NCBI GenBank assembly: GCA_963752595.1
Contig: CAVVYZ010000030.1
Span: 96,001 to 160,000 of the forward strand
Direction: 5' to 3'
Source: an uncultured delta proteobacterium
GTDB lineage: Bacteria; Desulfobacterota; Desulfomonilia; UBA1062
Length of the DNA: 64,000 nucleotides
Positions 34,171 through 42,734 of this stretch are shown in pieces. The notes below the pieces were generated by a model. It had not been told where the DNA came from. It saw nothing but the letters and a program-made list of their open reading frames with translations, and did no database searches. How positions within the stretch are numbered: position 1 is the first letter of the stretch; every line of letters begins with the position of its first letter. The position numbers and the translations under genes were made by a program.

Positions 34171-34907
34171 GTGAAGTTAAATTCAACATCTGGGATACTC
34201 TATGTTCGCGCAAGTCTTAGTCCATTTTCTGAACATATTAAGAGCGCAGGTGGCGTTATCGAGTTTTTCACCAATCTTTTTTGTTTGATGAAATTATCGT
34301 ACCGCATTTTTTTAGAGCGCGGCCATTTTGGCAGCCAGCATCACACTTGCCTAAGGTAACTAATTCCGGCTCATTAGGTAAAATGGTGGCTAATCATGAG
34401 CAAGCTTTTGTCAGTAGACACCCCTCACATAGTTTTGCAGGCATCGGCCCACGCGTGACTAATGTTCTTGAAATGCATGACTACAATTCATCGTGTTTTT
34501 TCCCGATATCAGAACTTGCTGCACGATACGATTTTTCTATGTTGTTGCTAGCATGTGTTAAAGAAAGTCCCGGATTCTCAACGGTTCATGCTGTTCAATA
34601 TGAACTTGGCCTTTCTCAAAAACATCTTATCAGGCATTTACTTAGATGGGACATAGATCTGGGTGATAGGACTAGAAGTATTAAGGCGCATGAGTCACCC
34701 GGTTGTAGCCAGTCATTTGATAAGTTCTACCCTTTTTATGAAAATGATGGAAATCTTATTCGCGGAGAATTGTTCGGCAAGTCTTATATTTTCATTAAAT
34801 CGGCTAGGCAGGCAATGAAATCAGAGAGGGAAATTTTAAGAACCAATCCCCGTTTTGTAGATTGCGGTAGCCTGATCTGCTCTACGTGTAGATTTCGTCT
34901 TTACTAA
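34171..34907 (+). CDS. AAC(3)/Antibiotic_NAT-family acyltransferase; one frameshift at a T6 run (34277-34282)
   Basis: YVRASL N-terminus in the first frame; IIVPHF, SRHPSHSFAGIG, LLL, STVH, GCS..F, C-terminal C....C..CR in the second. Confidence 0.72.
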
Positions 34908-34914
34908 GGATATC

Positions 34915-36060
34915 ATGTATATCTTTTCATCCGAAATTAAAGTGCCTTGTGGGTGTTGCCTAGGGGGATACGGTGATTGTACTATCGATAATATAAATAA
35001 GGGAGGTTCTTTGCATGCAAATGGTCTCGGGTTCAAAGAGTCAGCAAATCCAAGATTTATTGAGGTTTGTTCGATAGATGCGTTGTATCCGGGTGATTTG
35101 GTAATGCGACAAGCTAACCCGATGATTCAGCGAATTTTCGCTGCGTCACATACGCACTTTGCGCCAATGCTTGATGCTACAAAACCAAGTTTAGGTCGGC
35201 ACTCACCAGATATGGTTGCATCGTTTGAGCATGCAATCGAAGGTGCAACAAGAGAGAGAATTGAACCAAATCAATGTCTAATTTTCAGAGGGGAGGTCAA
35301 GTTACCAATCTATCGTCGTTTTGATTACCCCAAATCATTTGTTAACAATGTGTTGACACGACATGCTGGTCTGTTTCCAAATGAAGCCCATGAAGTTGAT
35401 AGAGGTATCTATATCTTTCTTTTTCTGAATGGTTCGACTAATTTATTTGTGATCACTTACCATGCGTGTCATCCCGTAACTAGGCACGATATAAAAGCCG
35501 TGTCAGCAGATTATGTAGATGCAATCCGACACGGTATATTTGAACGTTTTGGAACATCGCATTGCTTGTTTTTCTTAGGATGTGCAGGGGATATCCGGCC
35601 CAACTTTGCAAAAAAAAGAGTGATGTGGTTTCCGAAAAACCGGTTTAATTGGCGATTTAAGTATCCACCATCAGAGATGGATCAGGATGAAGCAGATCAG
35701 CAATATCTGAATGCTGTCTATACTGCGAGCCCAATAGCCTCATTTTCAGTGAATGGTTCCGATTTTATTTACAAACTCCGAAATCTTAATGTGCATGGTG
35801 TTGGTAACATATCTGTTCCCGAAGTTCACATAGGGAAATACGTGATATTTTCTTTCTTTCCATTTGAAATGTCGCATCGTTTTCACCTGGCAACGCGCTT
35901 GAATAAGGCGATGCCTTTGAAATTCATAGTTTCCTGTTCAAATCATACGTTGGGCTATCTACCTTATCCAAATCAGCTTTCTTCTGGCGGTTATGAAGTT
36001 GATGGTTCACGGAGAGATATGGGGCTTAAAAACCGGCTGCTCTTAAAGGAGACCTTTTGA
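34915..36060 (+). CDS. Neutral/alkaline ceramidase-like amidohydrolase
   Basis: LGGYG, SIDAL, ASHTHFAP, YHACHP, SADY, GCAGDIRP, GYLP...GGYE motifs. Confidence 0.65.
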   Translation: MYIFSSEIKVPCGCCLGGYGDCTIDNINKGGSLHANGLGFKESANPRFIEVCSIDALYPGDLVMRQANPMIQRIFAASHTHFAPMLDATKPSLGRHSPDMVASFEHAIEGATRERIEPNQCLIFRGEVKLPIYRRFDYPKSFVNNVLTRHAGLFPNEAHEVDRGIYIFLFLNGSTNLFVITYHACHPVTRHDIKAVSADYVDAIRHGIFERFGTSHCLFFLGCAGDIRPNFAKKRVMWFPKNRFNWRFKYPPSEMDQDEADQQYLNAVYTASPIASFSVNGSDFIYKLRNLNVHGVGNISVPEVHIGKYVIFSFFPFEMSHRFHLATRLNKAMPLKFIVSCSNHTLGYLPYPNQLSSGGYEVDGSRRDMGLKNRLLLKETF

Positions 36061-37160
36061 TAAAAACAAGGATTGCCCATCTAACTACGACACATGCAAG
36101 AGATGAAGTTCGTATTTTTCACAAAGAATGTACAAGCATTGCCAAAGATGGATACGACGTGCACCTTATTGTTGCTGATGGGAAAGGGTTTGATCAAGCA
36201 AATGACGTTAAAAGACATGGTGTGGGCCGTACCTGCGGCCGTTTTCAACGGGTCTTCATTCAACCCTGGAAGATATATTTGATGGCACGACGGCTTCATG
36301 CATCGATATATCATTTGCACGAACCCGAGTTATTATTCATTGCCCCACTGTTAAAGCGAACGGGCGCACATGTTGTGTATGACAGTCACGAAGATGTGCC
36401 ACGTGCAGTAATGGGGCGCGAATGGGTTCCACCATTACTTAGGCGATTGGTATCGTTTGCTTTTGAGTCATTTGAAGACTGCATTGTCAGCCAGATATCA
36501 GCTGTTATTGCAGCCACGCCACATATTGCATCGCGTTTTTCAAAGATAAATTCAAGAACCATTACTGTGAATAATTTTCCACTTCTTAGTGAGATGGTTG
36601 AACCGCTAAAGTCATGTAGGGATGCGGAAACGTTCTGCTATATTGGTGGTATGAGTCGGACCCGTGGGGTGATCGAGATGATACATGCATTGGATCTTGC
36701 TAATGCACGGTTGATATTGGCTGGTCCATTTGAGAATGCGAACACAGAGCTTTCTGCAAGGGAATTGGCCGGTTGGTCGAAAGTGGACTTTCGTGGCGTT
36801 GTGAGCCGCAAAGAGGTTTATCAAATTATGGCTCAATCGTGCGCAGGGTTGATTTTATTTTATCCTGAGCCTAATCATGTCAAAGCTCAACCCAACAAAA
36901 TGTTCGAATACATGTCTGCAGGTCTTCCCGTAATCGCGTCTAATTTCCCCCTTTGGTGTGAGATCATCGAAAGCAATAACTGCGGCCTTTGTGTAGATCC
37001 GCTTGATCCTAAGGACATTGCTGCTGCGATTGATCGCCTTGTAATGAATCCTGATCTTGCGCGGCGCATGGGTGAGAATGGACGCCAAGCAGTTTTGAAT
37101 AAATATAACTGGTCTATCGAAGAAAAAAAGTTGAGCTCCTTTTATGATGCATTACTTTGA
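36057..37160 (+). CDS. Glycosyltransferase family 4 (WbpH-like)
   Basis: RIFHKEC, HEPELL, YDSHED, PNKMFEYMSAGLPVIASNF, YNW..E. Confidence 0.92.
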   Translation: MIKTRIAHLTTTHARDEVRIFHKECTSIAKDGYDVHLIVADGKGFDQANDVKRHGVGRTCGRFQRVFIQPWKIYLMARRLHASIYHLHEPELLFIAPLLKRTGAHVVYDSHEDVPRAVMGREWVPPLLRRLVSFAFESFEDCIVSQISAVIAATPHIASRFSKINSRTITVNNFPLLSEMVEPLKSCRDAETFCYIGGMSRTRGVIEMIHALDLANARLILAGPFENANTELSARELAGWSKVDFRGVVSRKEVYQIMAQSCAGLILFYPEPNHVKAQPNKMFEYMSAGLPVIASNFPLWCEIIESNNCGLCVDPLDPKDIAAAIDRLVMNPDLARRMGENGRQAVLNKYNWSIEEKKLSSFYDALL

Positions 37161-37373
37161 TCTTCTAAAAATGAAGTAATTGAAGGTATAATTACTGGCT
37201 CAATAAAAAACATTGCAATCTCAGCCACGCGTACTACGCACGCCATGGAACTGATGTAATCCTGGATATTCGCATCATAACGATACAGCATTGATAACTA
37301 AGAAAAAGGCCCAACAATAATCCATCCGGAAGAAAGGAAGGGACAGAGAAAGAAGCCGGAGGATGATTACTCT

Positions 37374-38736
37374 GAGGCCTTTGCACAAATCCGGCAGTTC
37401 CGGGGCGAGACGCAGAGCCGATTATCAGCGATAATGGCATTTAATGCAATGATAATATTGATCAATTATGGTACATTCTTTCCATCTTGTGAATCAAGGG
37501 GAGGGATGGAATGGGATTCAAGGAGTACGAGAGGAACATGAGTTTTCTGGATCTTGAATTGAGCAAGACATTGGGGTCTTCGAGGACGCAGCGGTTTTTG
37601 AAGGAGATCCACGATCATATCAGGTGGGAGCCGTTGGAACGTATCCTGAAGGGAGTCTACCCGGTGGGGAAGTCGGCAGTGGGCAACAGTGCCTATCCTC
37701 CGGTGATGCTTTTAAAGGCGTTAATGCTGCAGAAGTGGTTTGGGATCAGGAGTGATCCTGAACTGGAGAACCAGATCAACGATCGGATATCATTCAAGGT
37801 ATTCATCGGGCTGCCTTTTGGGAACCCATCTCCAGATCACAGTGTGATTTGTCGGTTTCGTGAGCGGGTTGGCAGTGGATGCGAGGCTGGTGAGATCGGC
37901 ATCGAGCCCTTTAAGCAAGGACAAGCTTGAGAAGGTGCGTGAAGATCGGGAGCAGAAGGAACAAGAGGGGATAGGCAAGCCGATAAAGTTCAGCCGGGAT
38001 CTGGAATCTGACTGGACAGTGAAGAATGATAATCCGGTCTATGGGATGAAGGAGCATACGTCTATTGATGTAAAGAGCGGGCTGGTATTATCGATGGTGC
38101 TCTCGCGAGCATCCGAGCATGACACGAACTATTTACAGTATGTGGTAATCAAGGGGATTCATACAAAGAAGCTGCCGCCGAAGGTGTGGATAAGGGGTAT
38201 CATGGGCAAGTAAACCGTGAGTTCTTGCATATCAATGGGATAGCAGACGGGATCATGCGCAAGGATGAGAGGAATGCAAAGCTGACAGAGCTTGAGGTAG
38301 AGCGAAACAAGATGATCGCGAAGGTTCGCTATAAGATCGAGCAGTATTTTGGGGTCACAGCCCTACACCAGGGAGCCTCCCGAGCCCGGTTCACCACTCT
38401 TGCCCGGGAGGGATGGGACAGAATCTGCCAGGTATTGCAGCGGCAATTAAAGAAATGAACATAAGCCTGGGCAAGAATCGTTTAGGATTCAGATGAATAA
38501 TTGCCGCTACTATAATTGCGTTCAATATGAAGCGGTCATACTTTGCGGGGTTAAGGCAGCCTGCACATGCAACGGCTTTCTAGGGACAGGTGTGTCCGGA
38601 GCATGGAAATACTACCGGATATGAGAGAATTGGGGATGATTTTGGCTGGGAATTGAGACCTTTTTCTTGAGAAACTGATGAAAAAATACCAATCACCCCC
38701 AGATAAACGCTTCTTGCCGGATTACGCAAAGGTCTC
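37374..38736 (+). mobile_element. IS5-family element, degenerate (internal ~80 bp deletion, small deletion, MITE insertion)
   Basis: IRs GAGGCCTTTGCACAA / TTACGCAAAGGTCTC. Transposase pieces from 37511: LQKWFG..SDPELE, PDHS..RFR, VDA, GMKEH, DKGY, RYKIEQYF. Confidence 0.92.
38435..38512. mobile_element. 78-bp micro-MITE with TA target duplication; second copy at 29862-29939
   Basis: IRs TTGCAGCGGCAATTA / TAATTGCCGCTACTA, flanked by TA on both sides. It interrupts the transposase codons Q-V-I-A-F, which are uninterrupted in the copy near 51200. Confidence 0.82.
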
Positions 38737-38747
38737 GGGGTATCTTT

Positions 38748-39386
38748 ATGTTTAAAATAGGTAGAGTTTTAGTTTTGGCACCGCATACGGATGATGGGGA
38801 ATTCGGTTGTGGGGGCACGATAGCAAAGTTGATTGATGAAGGTAAAGAGGTTTATTATGTTGCTTTCTCTGATTGCGAGAAATCGCTGGACCCCGGCATG
38901 GCACCGGATACGCTCGTTAAAGAATTAATGAGTGCCACAAAGGAATTAGGTATTCCGGAAGGGAATGTTCTTGTCAAAAAATATGAGGTCAGATGCTTCG
39001 GCAGAGATAGGCAGGATATATTAGAAGACATGGTATATTTTAACAAGCATATGAATCCTGACATAGTGTTCCTTCCATCACCTAAGGATCTGCATCAGGA
39101 TCACAACACAATTGCAATGGAAGGGCTGCGGGCATTCAAACTGACTTCAACTATCCTCGGTTACGAGGTGCCATGGAACAACCTTTCCTTTAACACGACA
39201 AGCTTTGTGACGCTGAGCGAAGATAATATAAATAGAAAAATTGATGCATTAAAATGCTACGAATCACAAACCAACCGTTTTTATTCATCTGGGCAATTCA
39301 TAAGATCATTAGCCATAACACGAGGAACACAAATCGGTACACAATATGCGGAGACTTTTGATGTACTCAGGTGGATCATTAGATAA
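38748..39386 (+). CDS. PIG-L/LmbE family N-deacetylase
   Basis: LAPHTDDGEFGCGG and HQDH metal motifs; K..AL..YESQ. Confidence 0.92.
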   Translation: MFKIGRVLVLAPHTDDGEFGCGGTIAKLIDEGKEVYYVAFSDCEKSLDPGMAPDTLVKELMSATKELGIPEGNVLVKKYEVRCFGRDRQDILEDMVYFNKHMNPDIVFLPSPKDLHQDHNTIAMEGLRAFKLTSTILGYEVPWNNLSFNTTSFVTLSEDNINRKIDALKCYESQTNRFYSSGQFIRSLAITRGTQIGTQYAETFDVLRWIIR

Positions 39387-39433
39387 AATATGACAACGCC
39401 AACACAGTATACAACGTACATTGAGGATATGAC

Positions 39434-40768
39434 ATGGCGAGTATATTAGACAAAATTGAACTGCTAAGTTATCAAGAGCACTATGAAAAAGTTGATAAAT
39501 ATTTACTGATCAATCAACTAAAATATGTAATGGAAAACAGCCTATTCTATTATGATAAATTCAAGAGTTCCCGCGTTAACACAATTCCGTCAATAGATGC
39601 GTTTTTAGATTTACCATTTACAGATAAGCGTGAAATTCTTGATGAGCAAGCATCATATCCCCCCTTTGGCAGACTGGCGATTGGCAATGATGTACGTTCG
39701 TTAAGAAGGGTTCATGTGACTTCTGGTTCAACTGGGAAACCGGTATATATCATTTTAACGGAGAATGATTTAGCGGCAACAGTTGAAGCTGGAGGAAGAG
39801 CTTTTAGGTGTGCTGGATTAACGCCTGATGATACAGTGATTCACTGTCTGAACTATTGCTTGTGGGCTGGTGGTGTTACAGACCACCTCAATCTGGAAGC
39901 GACAGGCGCAACGGTAATCCCTTTTGGCGTCGGAAATACGGTAAACCTCATACGAACCATTCGTGATTTGCATCCGACGGCAATATCCTGCACACCATCA
40001 TATTTATCGCGTCTTGAGTATGTATTAGAAAAAGAGTTCAACGTGCAACCGCCGGAACTTGGCCTTAAGAAAGCCCTCCTTGGCGGTGAGGGTGGCGTTC
40101 AAGATACCAAGGTGCGATCAAGAATTGAGACAACATGGAATTTGCGAGCGATTGATGCTAACTATGGCATGGCAGATGTGCTTAGTATCTTTGGATCAGA
40201 ATGTGAAACAAGAGAAGGTATGCATTTTCATGGGCAGGGTATTCTTTATCTTGAACTAATTGAACCGGAGACAATGAAAGTACTCTCTTTAGAAGATGGA
40301 CAGGTGGGTGAAATGGTTTTGACAACTTTAAAAAGAGAAGCACAGCCTCTTGTCCGCTATCGAACTGGTGATGTGGTGAGAATTGTCTCAACAAAACAAT
40401 GTAAATGTGGGAGGTCATCATTTAGATTTGTCGTTATTGGAAGAACTGATGAGATGATTGTGGTGCGGGGTATAAATGTTTTTCCATCCGTGATAACAAA
40501 TATTTTATCAGAACGCCCCGATTGGTTCACTGGTGAATATGAATTTGTGTTGGACAATCCGCCTCCAATTGAAAGACCTCTTTTAAGAATTGAACTTAAG
40601 GCTACAAACATCAATGCGGCGGATAGAACTATTGAATCATTCATTCAAAGAAAATGTAGAGAGAACTATAATTTTACGCCCCGCATCCAATTATTAACTA
40701 TAGGCACCTTACCGAGGACGGAAGGTAAGTCCAAAAGGCTTAGAAGGGTTTATCAGGAAAAGGAATGA
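39434..40768 (+). CDS. Phenylacetate-CoA ligase (PaaK)-like adenylate-forming enzyme
   Basis: LPFTDK, TSGSTGKP, CTPSY, YGMAD, PLVRYRTGD, GRTDEM..RGINVFPS, GKSKR. Confidence 0.9.
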   Translation: MASILDKIELLSYQEHYEKVDKYLLINQLKYVMENSLFYYDKFKSSRVNTIPSIDAFLDLPFTDKREILDEQASYPPFGRLAIGNDVRSLRRVHVTSGSTGKPVYIILTENDLAATVEAGGRAFRCAGLTPDDTVIHCLNYCLWAGGVTDHLNLEATGATVIPFGVGNTVNLIRTIRDLHPTAISCTPSYLSRLEYVLEKEFNVQPPELGLKKALLGGEGGVQDTKVRSRIETTWNLRAIDANYGMADVLSIFGSECETREGMHFHGQGILYLELIEPETMKVLSLEDGQVGEMVLTTLKREAQPLVRYRTGDVVRIVSTKQCKCGRSSFRFVVIGRTDEMIVVRGINVFPSVITNILSERPDWFTGEYEFVLDNPPPIERPLLRIELKATNINAADRTIESFIQRKCRENYNFTPRIQLLTIGTLPRTEGKSKRLRRVYQEKE

Positions 40769-40900
40769 AGTAAAAAAAGAGACATCGCTACAACCAATAT
40801 TCAATGCCATTAGTAAGGTTTCTGACGCCATCGTGCCAATGGATCAAGTAAGTCTATGACATTATAAAACAGATAATCGTAATCAGGAAAAGAGGGATTT

Positions 40901-41791
40901 ATGCCTGTCACAAGTTCGGACGTAGCACATTTTTTAGAGAAAAAATTAAATGGGGCTTCCGTATCTATTGATAAACCTGCTGATTTGAATGAATGTGGCT
41001 CGTCAGATATTGTGTGGGTCAAAAAGTTTAGTCCTGAGCGTTTAAGCATCTTGGAATCGAGGCGGCCAGGTTTAGTTATATGTGATGAGACAACATCTCA
41101 GAATACACTTGTTTCAAACATTATATCTAATAACCCACGCTTGGATTTTATCAAGGTTATGAACCATTTCTTTTCACGCCCACCCAAAATAGGAATTCAT
41201 CCAACCGCAATTATTGAAGAAGGCGCTATATTAGGAAGCAACATAAGTATCGGTGCATACTGCTGTATCGGAAGCCAGGTGAAGATAGGTGATAATTGTG
41301 TGATACATTCTGGTGTTGCGATTGAAGGTAAAGTTCACTTGGGAAGACAATGCGTAATTAAATCAAATAGCGTGATAGGCGGTGAAGGCTTCGGTTTTGA
41401 ATATGATGAAGATGGGAATCCAATACATTTCCCGCATATTGGAAGAATAGAAATTGGAGATGATGTCTGGATTGGTGCATGTTCAACAGTTGAAATCGGT
41501 GCTCTCGGTGCAACAGTAATTCGTAATGGATGCAAGATTGATGATTTAGTCCAAGTTGGTCATAATGTCATCGTAGGCAAAAATACGCTTATAATGGCCA
41601 ATACGATAATTTGCGGCGGTGCGATTATTGGCGAAAAATGTTGGATTGCTCCTAATAGCGTTGTAAAAGAGAAAATCAGGATTGGCAATAGGGTGACTAT
41701 CGGCCTTGGTTCTGTAGTAATCAGAAATATTGAGGATGACATCATAGTCGCTGGTGTACCGGCAGCGCCACTTAAGCCTAAGAATAAGTGA
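40901..41791 (+). CDS. LpxD-like left-handed beta-helix acyltransferase (paralog 1)
   Basis: NPRLDF, IHPTAII, GGEGFGF, PHIGRIEIGDDVWIGA, KIDDLVQVGHN, AGVPA; no C-terminal helical domain. Confidence 0.88.
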   Translation: MPVTSSDVAHFLEKKLNGASVSIDKPADLNECGSSDIVWVKKFSPERLSILESRRPGLVICDETTSQNTLVSNIISNNPRLDFIKVMNHFFSRPPKIGIHPTAIIEEGAILGSNISIGAYCCIGSQVKIGDNCVIHSGVAIEGKVHLGRQCVIKSNSVIGGEGFGFEYDEDGNPIHFPHIGRIEIGDDVWIGACSTVEIGALGATVIRNGCKIDDLVQVGHNVIVGKNTLIMANTIICGGAIIGEKCWIAPNSVVKEKIRIGNRVTIGLGSVVIRNIEDDIIVAGVPAAPLKPKNK

Positions 41792-41835
41792 TAAATAAAC
41801 TTCCTTATTGATATTTTCGATAAAAGGAGAGGTAT

Positions 41836-42732
41836 ATGTATAGAATTAAAAGAATAGAGATTTGGGCATCTGAGATAGCGGAATACCTCAATAAGCCATT
41901 TGTGGGAAAGGATTTTATCATAAAAGATCTCCATTCCATTAAAACTAATAAATCTTTCATAAATCATTTAACTGCAAACGATGAGATTAAAGATGATATT
42001 TTAGTGATATCTAAGGCGCCATTTGATCAACTGAAATGTGGAGGATACATAATATCAGAAAACCCAGATCTTGATTTAGCCTACTTGCTACGAGAATTCT
42101 TCACGGTTTCGTCAATCAGTGAAGTACATGAAACTGCAATTATAGCTGAAAATGCGAAGATTGGTCGCAATGTCATGATAGGCGCAAACTCTGTCATCGG
42201 TGATGATGTTGTCATTGGCGACAATACAAAAATCTTGAATAATGTAGTTATAAATGGTCCCGCGGAGGTAGGCAAATTTTGTATAATTAAGGATGGTTCT
42301 ATTATTGGCAGCGAAGGGTGGGCATTTATTAATGATGAAGATGGTATACCTCTACATGTTCCGCAAGTGGGCCGCATCTTGATTAAGGATAGAGTTTGGA
42401 TTGGGTCAAATGCTACAATAGAACGAGCAATGATTGATGAGACGATAATAAGCGAGAATGTAAAAATTGATGACCTTGTACATGTTGGTGGAGGATCTAT
42501 TGTTGGGGAAAAAGCTCAATTGACCGCAGGCGTGGTGGTCGCCTACTATGTAAATATTGGCCTTTGTACAGTAATAGCACCCAATGTGGTCATTAGAGAG
42601 CATGTTAACATTGGTGATAATGTATTGGTTGGACAAGGGGCTGTTGTCATTTCTGATCTTGAAGGTGGTAATGTATATGTAGGTAATCCGGCACGTTTTC
42701 TTAAGAAGAATGTAATAATACATGGACGGTAA
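41836..42732 (+). CDS. LpxD-like left-handed beta-helix protein (paralog 2)
   Basis: NPDLDL, VHETAII, GSEGWAF, PQVGRI..VWIGSN, KIDDLVHVGGG, VGNPA. Confidence 0.85.
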   Translation: MYRIKRIEIWASEIAEYLNKPFVGKDFIIKDLHSIKTNKSFINHLTANDEIKDDILVISKAPFDQLKCGGYIISENPDLDLAYLLREFFTVSSISEVHETAIIAENAKIGRNVMIGANSVIGDDVVIGDNTKILNNVVINGPAEVGKFCIIKDGSIIGSEGWAFINDEDGIPLHVPQVGRILIKDRVWIGSNATIERAMIDETIISENVKIDDLVHVGGGSIVGEKAQLTAGVVVAYYVNIGLCTVIAPNVVIREHVNIGDNVLVGQGAVVISDLEGGNVYVGNPARFLKKNVIIHGR

Positions 42733-42734
42733 AT

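Noticed and set aside
34171-34907. Aminoglycoside resistance gene
   Set aside because: Only family-level similarity; it is divergent, frameshifted and embedded in a glycan operon.
39434-40768. Phenylacetate catabolism paaK
   Set aside because: No paa or aromatic-degradation genes adjacent; it lies in the AT-rich glycan island.
40901-42732. Lipid A biosynthesis lpxD
   Set aside because: No bamA/skp/fabZ/lpxA context; the proteins are short, duplicated and lack the C-terminal helical domain.
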